From positions 24,180,001-24,244,000 of the forward strand of contig OZ024759.1 in the NCBI GenBank assembly GCA_964016885.1: DNA of 64,000 nucleotides. Reading direction: 5' to 3'. This document shows positions 12,238 through 27,000 of this stretch, piece by piece. Both the position numbers and the translations under genes were made by a program. The notes under the pieces are model-generated. The model had not been told where the DNA came from. It saw only the letters and a program-made list of their open reading frames with translations, and did no database searches. Each line of letters opens with the position of its first letter. Position 1 is the first letter of the stretch. The DNA is from Eledone cirrhosa (lineage: Eukaryota).

Positions 12238-15200
12238 CATACTCTCTAGCACTTTTTTAGTAATCCCTTGCTTGTCTTTCAAGCAAGTTGGTCTTTACTC
12301 CTATGGACGTATAAACCTTTACACTATCTCATAACCATTCCTATATTCGTCTTTCCAAGTCATGTGCTTTCACACTTTGAGCCCAGTTTACTTCGATATA
12401 TCTCTATATATTTCTATTTTCCTTTTAACGGAAAACACCATGCTGTCTGGCTATCTCTCTCCCAATCTACCTCATACTCTCTACCTCTTTTTGAGTAATC
12501 CCTTGCTTGTCTTTCAAGCAAGTTGGTCTTTACTCCTATGGACGTATAAACCTTTACACTATCTCATAACCATTCCTATATTCGTCTTTCCAAGTCATGT
12601 GCTTTCACACTTTGAGCCCAGTTTACTTCGATATATCTCTATATATCTCTATTTTCCTTTTAACGGAAAACACCATGCTGTCTGGCTATCTCTCTCCCAA
12701 TCTACCTCATACTCTCTACCTCTTTTTGAGTAATCCCTTGCTTGTCTTTCAAGCAAGTTGGTCTTTGCTCCTATGGACGTATAAACCTTTACACTATCTC
12801 ATAACCATTCCTATATTCGTCTTTCCAAAACATGTGCTTTAACACTTTGAGCCCAGTTTACTTCGATATATCCCTATATATCTCTATTTTCCTTTTAACG
12901 GAAAACACCATGCTGCCTGGCTCACTCTCTCCCTTATCTACCTCATGCGATCTACCTCTTTTTGAGTAATCCCTTGCTTGTCTTTCAAGCAAGTTGGTCT
13001 TTACTCCTATGGACGTATAAACCTTTACACTATCTCATAACCATTCCTATATTCGTCTTTCCAAGTCATGTGCTTTCACACTTTGAGCCCAGTTTACTTC
13101 GATATATCTCTATATATCTCTATCTTCCTTTTAACGGAAAACACCATGCTGTCTCGCTATCTCTCACCGAATCTACCTCATACTCTCTACCTCTTTTTGA
13201 GTAATCCCTTGCTTGTCTTTCAAGCAAGTTGGTCTTTACTCCTATGGACGTATAAACCTTTACACTATCTCATAACCATTCCTATATTCGTCTTTCCAAG
13301 TCATGTGCTTTCACACTTTGAGCCCAGTTTACTTCGATATATCCCTATATATCTCTATTTTCCTTTTAACGGAAAACACCATGCTGTCTGGCTATCTCTT
13401 TCCCAATCTACCTCATACTCTCTACCTCTTTTTGAGTAATCCCTTGCTTGTATTTCAAGCAAGTTGGTCTTTACTCCTATGGACGTATATACCTTTACAC
13501 TATCTCATAACAATTCCTATATTCGTCTTTCCAAAACATGTGCTTTAACACTTTGAGCTCAGTTTACTTCGATATATCCCTATATATCTCTATTTTCCTT
13601 TTAACGGAAAACACCTTGCTGTCTTGCTATCTCTCTCCCAATCTACCTCATACTCTCTACCTCTTTTTGAGTAACCCTTGCTTGTCTTTCAAGCAAGTTG
13701 GTCTTTACTCCTATGGACGTATAAACCTTTACACTATCTCATAACCATTCCTATATTCGTCTTTCCAAAACATGTGCTTTAACACTTTGAGCCCAGTTTA
13801 CTTCGATATATCCCTATATATCTCTATTTTCCTTTTAACGGAAAACACCATGCTGTCTGGCTCTCTCTCTCCCTTATCTACCTCATGCGATCTACCTCTT
13901 TTTGAGTAATCCCTTGCTTGTCTTTCAAGCAAGTTGGTCTTTACTCCTATGGACGTATAAACTTTTACACTATCTCATAACCATTCCTATATTCGTCTTT
14001 CCAAGTCATGTGCTTTCACACTTTGAGCCCAGTTTACTTCGATATATCTCTATATATTTCTATTTTCCTTTTAACGGAAAACACCATGCTGTCTGGCTAT
14101 CTCTCTCCCAATCTACCTCATACTCTCTACCTCTTTTTGCGTAATCCCTTGCTTGTCTTTCAAGCAAGTTGGTCTTTACTCCTATGGACGTATAAACCTT
14201 TACACTATCTCATAACCATTCCTATATTCGTCTTTCCAAGTCATGTGCTTTCACACTTTGAGCCCAGTTTACTTCGATATATCTCTATATATCTCTATTT
14301 TCCTTTTAACGGAAAACACCATGCTGTCTGGCTATCTCTCTCCCAATCTACCTCATACTCTCTACCTCTTTTTGAGTAATCCCTTGCTTGTCTTTCAAGC
14401 AAGTTGGTCTTTACTCCTATGGACGTATAAACCTTTACACTATCTCATAACCATTCCTATATTCGTCTTTCCAAGTCATGTGCTTTCACACTTTGAGCCC
14501 AGTTTACTTCGATATATCTCTATATATCTCTATTTTCCTTTTAACGGAAAACACCATGCTGTCTGGCTATCTCTCTCCCAATCTACCTCATACTCTCTAC
14601 CTCTTTTTGAGTAATCCCTTGTTTGTCTTTCAAGCAAGTTGGTCTTTACTCCTATGGACGTATAAACCTTTACACTATCTCATAACCATTCCTATATTCG
14701 TCTTTCCAAGTCATGTGCTTTCACACTTTGAGCCCAGTTTACTTCGATATATCTCTATATATCTCTATCTTCCTTTTAACGGAAAACACCATGCTGTCTG
14801 GCTATCTCTCACCCAATCTACCTCATACTCTCTACCTCTTTTTGAGTAATCCCTTGCTTGTCTTTCAAGCAAGTTGGTCTTTACTCCTATGGACGTATAA
14901 ACCTTTACACTATCTCATAACTATTCCTATATTCGTCTTTCCAAAACATGTGCTTTAACACTTTGAGCCCAGTTTACTTCGATATATCCCTATATATCTC
15001 TATTTTCCTTTTAACGGAAAACACCATGCTGTCTGGCTCACTCTCTCCCTTATCTACCTCATGCGATCTACCTCTTTTTGAGTAATCCCTTGCTTGTCTT
15101 TCAAGCAAGTTGGTCTTTACTCCTATGGACGTATAAACCTTTACACTATCTCATAACCATTCCTATATTCGTCTTTCCAAGTCATGTGCTTTCACACTTT

Positions 15201-18200
15201 GAGCCCAGTTTACTTCGATATATCTCTATATATCTCTATTTTCCTTTTAACGGAAAACACCATGCTGTCTGGCTATCTCTCTCCCAATCTACCTCATACT
15301 CTCTACCTCTTTTTGAGTAATCCCTTGCTTGTCTTCCAAGCAAGTTGGTCTTTACTCCTATGGACGTATAAACCTTTACACTATCTCATAACCATTCCTA
15401 TATTCGTCTTTCCAAGTCATGTGCTTTCACACTTTGAGCCCAGTTTACTTCGATATATCTCTATATATCTCTATCTTCCTTTTAACGGAAAACACCATGC
15501 TGTCTGGCTATCTCTCTCCCAATCTACCTCATACTCTCTAGCACTTTTTTAGTAATCCCTTGCTTGTCTTTCAAGCAAGTTGGTCTTTACTCCTATGGAC
15601 GTATAAACCTTTACACTATCTCATAACCATTCCTATATTCGTCTTTCCAAGTCATGTGTTTTCACACTTTGAGCCCAGTTTACTTCGATATATCTCTATA
15701 TATCTCTATTTTCCTTTTAACGGAAAACACCATGCTGTCTGGCTATCTCTCTCCCAATCTACCTCATACTCTCTACCTCTTTTTGAGTAATCCCTTGCTT
15801 GTCTTTCAAGCAAGTTGGTCTTTACTCCTATGGACGTATAAACCTTTACACTATCTCATAACCATTCCTATATTCGTCTTTCCAAGTCATGTGCTTTCAC
15901 ACTTTGAGCCCAGTTTACTTCGATATATCTCTATATATCTCTATCTTCCTTTTAACGGAAAACACCATGCTGTCTGGCTATCTCTCACCCAATCTATCTC
16001 ATACTCTCTACCTCTTTTTGAGTAATCCCTTGCTTGTCTTTCAAGCAAGTTGGTCTTTACTCCTATGGACGTATAAGCCTTTACACTATCTCATAACCAT
16101 TCCTATATTCGTCTTTGCAAGTCATGTGCATTAACACTTTGAGCCCAGTTTACTTCGATATATCTCTATATATCTCTATTTTCCTTTTAACGGAAAACAC
16201 CATGCTGTCTGGCTATCTCTCTCCCAATCTACCTCATACTCTCTACCTCTTTTTGAGTAATCCCTTGCTTATCTTTCAAGCAAGTTGGTCTTTACTCCTA
16301 TGGACGTATAAACCTTTACACTATCTCATAACCATTCCTATATTCGTCTTTCCAAAACATGTGCTTTAACACTTTGAGCCCAGTTTACTTCGATATATCC
16401 CTATATATCTCTATTTTCCTTTTAACGGAAAACACCATGCTGTCTGGCTCACTCTCTCCCTTATCTACCTCATGCGATCTACCTCTTTTTGAGTAATCCC
16501 TTGCTTGTCTTTCAAGCAAGTTGGTCTTTACTCCTATGGACGTATAAACCTTTACACTATCTCATAACCATTCCTATATTCGTCTTTCCAAGTCATGTGC
16601 TTTCACACTTTGAGCCCAGTTTACTTCGATATATCTCTATATATCTCTATTTTCCTTTTAACGGAAAACACCATGCTGTCTGGCTATCTCTCTCCCAATC
16701 TACCTCATACTCTCTACCTCTTTTTGAGTAATCCCTTGCTTGTCTTCCAAGCAAGTTGGTCTTTACTCCTATGGACGTATAAACCTTTACACTATCTCAT
16801 AACCATTCCTATATTCGTCTTTCCAAGTCATGTGCTTTCACACTTTGAGCCCAGTTTACTTCGATATATCTCTATATATCTCTATCTTCCTTTTAACGGA
16901 AAACACCATGCTGTCTGGCTATCTCTCACCCAATCTATCTCATACTCTCTACCTCTTTTTGAGTAATCCCTTGCTTGTCTTTCAAGCAAGTTGGTCTTTA
17001 CTCCTATGGACGTATAAGCCTTTACACTATCTCATAACCATTCCTATATTCGTCTTTGCAAGTCATGTGCATTAACACTTTGAGCCCAGTTTACTTCGAT
17101 ATATCTCTATATATCTCTATTTTCCTTTTAACGGAAACCACCATGCTGTCTGGCTATCTCTCTCCCAATCTACCTCATACTCTCTACCTCTTTTTGAGTA
17201 ATCCCTTGCTTGTCTTTCCAGCAAGTTGGTCGTTACTCCTATGGACGTATAAACCTTTACACTATCTCATAACCATTCCTATATTCGTCTTTCCAAGTCA
17301 TATGCTTTCACACTTTGAGCCCAGTTTACTTCGATATATCTCTATATATCTCTATCTTCCTTTTAACGGAAAACACCATGCTGTCTGGCTATCTCTCTCC
17401 CAATCTACCTCATACTCCCTAGCACTTTTTTAGTAATCCCTTGCTTGTCTTTCTAGCAAGTTGGTCTTTACTCCTATGGACGTATAAACCTTTACACTAT
17501 CTCATAACCATTCCTATATTCGTCTTTCCAAGTCATGTGTTTTCACACTTTGAGCCCAGTTTACTTCGATATATCTCTATATATCTCTATTTTCCTTTTA
17601 ACGGAAAACACCATGCTGTCTGGCTATCTCTCTCCCAATCTACCTCATACTCTCTACCTCTTTTTGAGTAATCCCTTGCTTGTCTTTCAAGCAAGTTGGT
17701 CTTTACTCCTATGGACGTATAAACCTTTACACTATCTCATAACCATTCCTATATTCGTCTTTCCAAGTCATGTGCTTTCACACTTTGAGCCCAGTTTACT
17801 TCGATATATCTCTATATATCTCTATTTTCCTTTTAACGGAAAACACCATGCTGTCTGGCTATCTCTCTCCCAATCTACCTCATACTCTCTACCTCTTTTT
17901 GAGTAATCCCTTGCTTGTCTTTCAAGCAAGTTGGTCTTTACTCCTATGGACGTATAAACCTTTACACTATCTCATAACCATTCCTATATTCGTCTTTCCA
18001 AGTCATGTGCTTTCACACTTTGAGCCCAGTTTACTTCGATATATCTCTATATAGCTCTATCTTCCTTTTAACGGAAAACACCATGCTGTCTGGCTATCTC
18101 TCACCCAATCTACCTCATACTCTCTACCTCTTTTTGAGTAATCCCTTGCTTGTCTTTCAAGCAAGTTGGTGTTTACTCCTATGGACGTATAAACCTTTAC

Positions 18201-19799
18201 ACTATCTCATAATCATTCCTATATTCGTCTTTCCAAGTCATGTGCTTTCACACTTTGAGCCCAGTTTACTTCGATATATCTCTATATATCTCTATCTTCC
18301 TTTTAACGGAAAACACCATGCTGTCTGGCTATCTCTCGCCCAATCTACCTCATACTCTCTACCTCTTTTTGAGTAATCCCTTGCTTGTCTTTCAAGCAAG
18401 TTGGTCTTTACTCCTATGGACGTATAAGCCTTTACACTATCTCATAACCATTCCTATATTCGTCTTTCCAAGTCATGTGCTTTCACACTTTGAGCCCAGT
18501 TTACTTCGATATATCTCTATATATCTCTATCTTCCTTTTAACGGAAAACACCATGCTGTCTGGCTATCTCTCACCCAATCTACCTCATACTCTCTACCTC
18601 TTTTTGAGTAATCCCTTGCTTGTCTTTCAAGCAAGTTGGTCTTTACTCCTATGGACGTATAAACCTTTACACTATCTCATAACCATTCCTATATTCGTCT
18701 TTCCAAAAAATGTGCTTTAACACTTTGAGCCCAGTTTACTTCGATATATCCCTATATATCTCTATTTTCCTTTTAACGGAAAACACCATGCTGTCTGGCT
18801 CACTCTCTCCCTTATCTACCTCATGCGATCTACCTCTTTTTGAGTAATCCCTTGCTTGTCTTTCAAGCAAGTTGGTCTTTACTCCTATGGACGTATAAAC
18901 CTTTACACTATCTCATAACCATTCCTATATTCGTCTTTCCAAGTCATGTGCTTTCACACTTTGAGCCCAGTTTACTTCGATATATCTCTATATATCTCTA
19001 TTTTCCTTTTAACGGAAACCACCATGCTGTCTGGCTATCTCTCTCCCAATCTACCTCATACTCTCTACCTCTTTTTGAGTAATCCCTTGCTTGTCTTTCC
19101 AGCAAGTTGGTCTTTACTCCTATGGACGTATAAACCCTTACACTATCTCATAACCATTCCTATATTCGTCTTTCCAAGTCATGTGCTTTCACACTTTGAG
19201 CCCAGTTTACTTCGATATATCTCTATATATCTCTATTTTCCTTTTAACGGAAAACACCATGCTGTCTGGCTATCTCTCTCCCAATCTACCTCATACTCTC
19301 TACCTCTTTTTGAGTAATCCCTTGCTTGTCTTTCAAGCAAGTTGGTCTTTACTCCTATGGACGTATAAACCTTTACACTATCTCATAACCATTCCTATAT
19401 TCGTCTTTCCAAGTCATGTGCTTTCACACTTTGAGCCCAGTTTACTTCGATATATCTCTATATAGCTCTATCTTCCTTTTAACGGAAAACACCATGCTGT
19501 CTGGCTATCTCTCACCCAATCTACCTCATACTCTCTACCTCTTTTTGAGTAATCCCTTGCTTGTCTTTCAAGCAAGTTGGTGTTTACTCCTATGGACGTA
19601 TAAACCTTTACACTATCTCATAATCATTCCTATATTCGTCTTTCCAAGTCATGTGCTTTCACACTTTGAGCCCAGTTTACTTCGATATATCTCTATATAT
19701 CTCTATCTTCCTTTTAACGGAAAACACCATGCTGTCTGGCTATCTCTCACCCAATCTACCTCATACTCTCTACCTATTTTTGAGTAATCCCTTGCTTGT

Positions 19800-22700
19800 C
19801 TTTCAAGCAAGTTGGTCTTTACTCCTATGGACGTATAAGCCTTTACACTATCTCATAACCATTCCTATATTCGTCTTTCCAAGTCATGTGCTTTCACACT
19901 TTGAGCCCAGTTTACTTCGATATATCTCTATATATCTCTATCTTCCTTTTAACGGAAAACACGATGCTGTCTGGCTATCTCTCACCCAATCTACCTCATA
20001 CTCTCTACCTCTTTTTGAGTAATCCCTTGCTTGTCTTTCAAGCAAGTTGGTCTTTACTCCTATGGACGTATAAGCCTTTACACTATCTCATAACCATTCC
20101 TATATTCGTCTTTGCAAGTCATGTTCATTAACACTTTGAGCCCAGTTTACTTCGATATATCTCTATATATCTCTATTTTCCTTTTAACGGAAACCACCAT
20201 GCTGTCTGGCTATCTCTCTCCCAATCTACCTCATACTCTCTACCTCTTTTTGAGTAATCCCTTGCTTGTCTTTCCAGCAAGTTGGTCTTTACTCCTATGG
20301 ACGTATAAACCTTTACACTATCTCATAACCATTCCTATATTCGTCTTTCCAAGTCATGTGCTTTCACACTTTGAGCCCAGTTTACTTCGATATATCTCTA
20401 TATATCTCTATCTTCCTTTTAACGGAAAACACCATGCTGTCTGGCTATCTCTCTCCCAATCTACCTCATACTCTCTAGCACTTTTTTAGTAATCCCTTGC
20501 TTGTCTTTCAAGCAAGTTGGTCTTTACTCCTATGGACGTATAAACCTTTACACTATCTCATAACCATTCCTATATTCGTCTTTGCAAGTCATGTGTTTTC
20601 ACACTTTGAGCCCAGTTTACTTCGATATATCTCTATATATCTCTATTTTCCTTTTAACGGAAAACACCATGCTGTCTGGCTATCTCTCTCACAATCTACC
20701 TCATACTCTCTACCTCTTTTTGAGTAATCCCTTGCTTGTCTTTCAAGCAAGTTGGTCTTTACTCCTATGGACGTATAAACCTTTACACTATCTCATAACC
20801 ATTCCTATATTCGTCTTTCCAAGTCATGTGCTTTCACACTTTGAGCCCAGTTTACTTCGATATATCTCTATATATCTCTATTTTCCTTTTAACGGAAAAC
20901 ACCATGCTGTCTGGCTATCTCTCTCCCAATCTACCTCATACTCTCTACCTCTTTTTGAGTAATCCCTTGCTTGTCTTTCAAGCAAGTTGGTCTTTGCTAC
21001 TATGGACGTATAAACCTTTACACTATCTCATAACCATTCCTATATTCGTCTTTCCAAGTCATGTGCTTTCACACTTTGAGCCCAGTTTACTTCGATATAT
21101 CTCTATATATCTCTATCTTCCTTTTAACGGAAAACACCATGCTGTCTGGCTATCTCTCACCCAATCTACCTCATACTCTCTACCTCTTTTTGAGTAATCC
21201 CTTGCTTGTCTTTCAAGCAAGTTGGTGTTTACTCCTATGGACGTATAAACCTTTACACTATCTCATAACCATTCCTATATTCGTCTTTCCAAGTCATGTG
21301 CTTTCACACTTTGAGCCCAGTTTACTTCGATATATCTCTATATATCCCTAACTTCCTTTTAACGGAAAACACCATGCTGTCTGGCTATCTCTCACCCAAT
21401 CTACCTCATACTCTCTACCTCTTTTTGAGTAATCCCTTGCTTGTCTTTCAAGCAAGTTGGTCTTTACTCCTATGGACGTATAAGCCTTTACACTATCTCA
21501 TAACCATTCCTATATTCGTCTTTCCAAAAAATGTGCTTTAACACTTTGAGCCCAGTTTACTTCGATATATCCCTATATATCTCTATTTTCCTTTTAACGG
21601 AAAACACCATGCTGTCTGGCTCACTCTCTCCCTTATCTACCTCATGCGATCTACCTCTTTTTGAGTAATCCCTTGCTTGTCTTTCAAGCAAGTTGGTCTT
21701 TACTCCTATGGACGTATAAACCTTTACACTATCTCATAACCATTCCTATATTCGTCTTTCCAAGTCATGTGCTTTCACACTTTGAGCCCAGTTTACTTCG
21801 ATATATCTCTATATATCTCTATCTTCCTTTTAACGGAAAACACCATGCTGTCTGGCTATCTCTCTCCCAATCTACCTCATACTCTCTAGCACTTTTTTAG
21901 TAATCCCTTGCTTGTCTTTCAAGCAAGTTGGTCTTTACTCCTATGGACGTATAAGCCTTTACACTATCTCATAACCATTCCTATATTCGTCTTTCCAAGT
22001 CATGTGCTTTCACACTTTGAGCCCAGTTTACTTCGATATATCTCTATATATCTCTATCTTCCTTTTAACGGAAAACACGATGCTGTCTGGCTATCTCTCA
22101 CCCAATCTACCTCATACTCTCTACCTCTTTTTGAGTAATCCCTTGCTTGTCTTTCAAGCAAGTTGGTCTTTACTCCTATGGACGTATAAGCCTTTACACT
22201 ATCTCATAACAATTCCTATATTCGTCTTTGCAAGTCATGTTCATTAACACTTTGAGCCCAGTTTACTTCGATATATCTCTATATATCTCTATTTTCCTTT
22301 TAACGGAAACCACCATGCTGTCTGGCTATCTCTCTCCCAATCTACCTCATACTCTCTACCTCTTTTTGAGTAATCCCTTGCTTGTCTTTCCAGCAAGTTG
22401 GTCTTTACTCCTATGGACGTATAAACCTTTACACTATCTCATAACCATTCCTATATTCGTCTTTCCAAGTCATGTGCTTTCACACTTTGAGCCCAGTTTA
22501 CTTCGATATATCTCTATATATCTCTATCTTCCTTTTAACGGAAAACACCATGCTGTCTGGCTATCTCTCTCCCAATCTACCTCATACTCTCTAGCACTTT
22601 TTTAGTAATCCCTTGCTTGTCTTTCAAGCAAGTTGGTCTTTACTCCTATGGACGTATAAACCTTTACACTATCTCATAACCATTCCTATATTCGTCTTTG

Positions 22701-24031
22701 CAAGTCATGTGTTTTCACACTTTGAGCCCAGTTTACTTCGATATATCTCTATATATCTCTATTTTCCTTTTAACGGAAAACACCATGCTGTCTGGCTATC
22801 TCTCTCACAATCTACCTCATACTCTCTACCTCTTTTTGAGTAATCCCTTGCTTGTCTTTCAAGCAAGTTGGTCTTTACTCCTATGGACGTATAAACCTTT
22901 ACACTATCTCATAACCATTCCTATATTCGTCTTTCCAAGTCATGTGCTTTCACACTTTGAGCCCAGTTTACTTCGATATATCTCTATATATCTCTATTTT
23001 CCTTTTAACGGAAAACACCATGCTGTCTGGCTATCTCTCTCCCAATCTACCTCATACTCTCTACCTCTTTTTGAGTAATCCCTTGCTTGTCTTTCAAGCA
23101 AGTTGGTCTTTGCTACTATGGACGTATAAACCTTTACACTATCTCATAACCATTCCTATATTCGTCTTTCCAAGTCATGTGCTTTCACACTTTGAGCCCA
23201 GTTTACTTCGATATATCTCTATATATCTCTATCTTCCTTTTAACGGAAAACACCATGCTGTCTGGCTATCTCTCACCCAATCTACCTCATACTCTCTACC
23301 TCTTTTTGAGTAATCCCTTGCTTGTCTTTCAAGCAAGTTGGTGTTTACTCCTATGGACGTATAAACCTTTACACTATCTCATAACCATTCCTATATTCGT
23401 CTTTCCAAGTCATGTGCTTTCACACTTTGAGCCCAGTTTACTTCGATATATCTCTATATATCCCTAACTTCCTTTTAACGGAAAACACCATGCTGTCTGG
23501 CTATCTCTCACCCAATCTACCTCATACTCTCTACCTCTTTTTGAGTAATCCCTTGCTTGTCTTTCAAGCAAGTTGGTCTTTACTCCTATGGACGTATAAG
23601 CCTTTACACTATCTCATAACCATTCCTATATTCGTCTTTCCAAAAAATGTGCTTTAACACTTTGAGCCCAGTTTACTTCGATATATCCCTATATATCTCT
23701 ATTTTCCTTTTAACGGAAAACACCATGCTGTCTGGCTCACTCTCTCCCTTATCTACCTCATGCGATCTACCTCTTTTTGAGTAATCCCTTGCTTGTCTTT
23801 CAAGCAAGTTGGTCTTTACTCCTATGGACGTATAAACCTTTACACTATCTCATAACCATTCCTATATTCGTCTTTCCAAGTCATGTGCTTTCACACTTTG
23901 AGCCCAGTTTACTTCGATATATCTCTATATATCTCTATCTTCCTTTTAACGGAAAACACCATGCTGTCTGGCTATCTCTCTCCCAATCTACCTCATACTC
24001 TCTAGCACTTTTTTAGTAATCCCTTGCTTGT
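19800..24031. repeat. 9-monomer (2116 bp) tandem higher-order duplication, 2 copies
   Basis: Offset 2116 (19886/22002, 20582/22698, 21296/23412, 21661/23777). Shared variants: cacGatgc, atgtTcatta, tctcAcaatc, tttGctActa, tatcCctaAc, ccaaaaAatg. Confidence 0.93.
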
Positions 24032-27000
24032 CTTTCAAGCAAGTTGGTCTTTACTCCTATGGACGTATAAACCTTTACACTATCTCATAACCATTCCTAT
24101 ATTCGTCTTTCCAAGTCATGTGCTTTCACACTTTGAGCCCAGTTTACTTCGATATATCTCTATATATCTCTATTTTCCTTTTAACGGAAAACACCATGCT
24201 GTCTGGCTATCTCTCTCCCAATCTACCTCATACTCTCTACCTCTTTTTGAGTAATCCCTTGCTTGTCTTTCAAGCAAGTTGGTCTTTACTCCTATGGACG
24301 TATAAACCTTTACACTATCTCATAACCATTCCTATATTCGTCTTTCCAAGTCATGTGCTTTCACACTTTGAGCCCAGTTTACTTCGATATATCTCTATAT
24401 ATCTCTATTTTCCTTTTAACGGAAAACACCATGCTGTCTGGCTATCTCTCTCCCAATCTACCTCATACTCTCTACCTCTTTTTGAGTAATCCCTTGCTTG
24501 TCTTTCAAGCAAGTTGGTCTTTACTCCTATGGACGTATAAGCCTTTACACTATCTCATAACCATTCCTATATTCATCTTTCCAATCATGTGCTTTAACAT
24601 TTTGAGCCCAGTTTACTTCTATATATCCCTATATATCTCTATTTTCCTTTTAACGGAAAACACCATGCTGTCTGGCTATCTCTCTCCCAATCTACCTCAT
24701 ACTCTCTAGCACTTTTTTAGTAATCCCTTGCTTGTCTTTCAAGCAAGTTGGTCTTTACTCCTATGGACGTATAAACCTTTACACTATCTCATAACCATTC
24801 CTATATTCGTCTTTCCAAGTCATGTGCTTTCACACTTTGAGCCCAGTTTACTTCGATATATCTCTATATATCTCTATTTTCCTTTTAATGGAAAACACTA
24901 TGCAGTCTGGCTATCTCTCTCCCAATCTACCTCATACTCTCTACCTCTTTTTGAGTAATCCCTTGCTTGTCTTTCAAGCAAGTTGGTCTTTACTCCTATG
25001 GACGTATAAACCTTTACACTATCTCATAACCATTCCTATATTCGTCTTTCCAAGTCATGTGCTTTCACATTTTGAGCCCAGTTTACTTCGATATATCTCT
25101 ATATATCTCTATTTTCCTTTTAACGGAAAACACCATGCTGTCTGGCTATCTCTCTCCCAATCTACCTCATACTCTCTACCTCTTTTTGAGTAATCCCTTG
25201 CTTGTCTTTCAAGTAAGTTGGTCTTTACTCCTATGGACGTATAAACCTTTACACTATCTCATAACCATTCCTATATTCGTCTTTCCAAGTCATGTGCTTT
25301 CACACTTTGAGCCCAGTTTACTTCGATATATCTCTATATATCTCTATCTTCCTTTTAACGGAAAACACCATGCTGTCTGGCTATCTCTCTCCCAATCTAC
25401 CTCATACTCTCTAGCACTTTTTTAGTAATCCCTTGCTTGTCTTTCAAGCAAGTTGGTCTTTACTCCTATGGACGTATAAACCTTTACACTATCTCATAAC
25501 CATTCCTATATTCGTCTTTCCAAGTCATGTGCTTTCACACTTTGAGCCCAGTTTACTTCGATATATCTCTATATATCTCTATCTTCCTTTTAACGGAAAA
25601 CACCATGCTGTCTGGCTATCTCTCTCCCAATCTACCTCATACTCTCTAGCACTTTTTTAGTAATCCCTTGCTTGTCTTTCAAGCAAGTTGGTCTTTACTC
25701 CTATGGACGGATAAACCTTTACACTATCTCATAACCATTCCTATATTCGTCTTTGCAAGTCATGTGCATTAACACTTTGAGCCCAGTTTACTTCGATATA
25801 TCTCTATATATCTCTATTTTCCTTTTAACGGAAAACACCATGCTGTCTGGCTATCTCACTCCCAAGCTACCTCATACTCTCTACCTCTTTTTGAGTAATC
25901 CCTTGCTTGTCTTTCAAGCAAATTGGTCTTTACTCCTATCGACGTATAAACCTTTACACTATCTCATAACCATTCCTATATTCGTCTTTCCAAGTCATGT
26001 GCTTTCACACTTTGAGCCCAGTTTACTTCGATATATCTCTATATATCTCTATCTTCCTTTTAACGGAAAACACCATGCTGTCTGGCTATCTCTCACCCAA
26101 TCTACCTCATACTCTCTACCTCTTTTTGAGTAATCCCTTGCTTGTCTTTCAAGCAAGTTGGTCTTTACTCCCATGGACGTATAAGCCTTTACACTATCTC
26201 ATAACCATTCCTATATTCGTCTTTGCAAGTCATGTGCATTAACACTTTGAGCCCAGTTTACTTCGATATATCTCTATATATCTCTATCTTCCTTTTAACG
26301 GAAAACACCATGCTGTCTGGCTATCTCTCACCCAATCTACCTCATACTCTCTACCTCTTTTTGAGTAATCCCTTGCTTGTCTTTCAAGCAAGTTGGTGTT
26401 TACTCCTATGGACGTATAAACCTTTACACTATCTCATAACCATTCCTATATTCGTCTTTCCAAGTCATGTGCTTTCACACTTTGAGCCCAGTTTACTTCG
26501 ATATATCTCTATATATCTCTAACTTCCTTTTAACGGAAAACACCATGCTGTCTGGCTATCTCTCTCCCAATCTACCTCATACTCTCTACCTCTTTTTGAG
26601 TAATCCCTTGCTTGTCTTTCAAGCAAGTTGGTCTTTATTCCTATGGACGTATAAACCTTTACACTATCTCATAACCATTCCTATATTCGTCTTTGCAAGT
26701 CATGTGCATTAACACTTTGAGCCCAGTTTACTTCGATATATCCCTATATATCTCTATTTTCCTTTTAACGGAAAACACCATGCTGTCTGGCTCACTCTCT
26801 CCCTTATCTACCTCATGCGATCTACCTCTTTTTGAGTAATCCCTTGCTTGTCTTTCAAGCAAGTTGGTCTTTACTCCTATGGACGTATAAACCTTTACAC
26901 TATCTCATAACCTTTCCTATATTCGTCTTTCCAAGTCATGTGCTTTCACACTTTGAGCCCAGTTTACTTCGATATATCTCTATATATCTCTATCTTCCTT

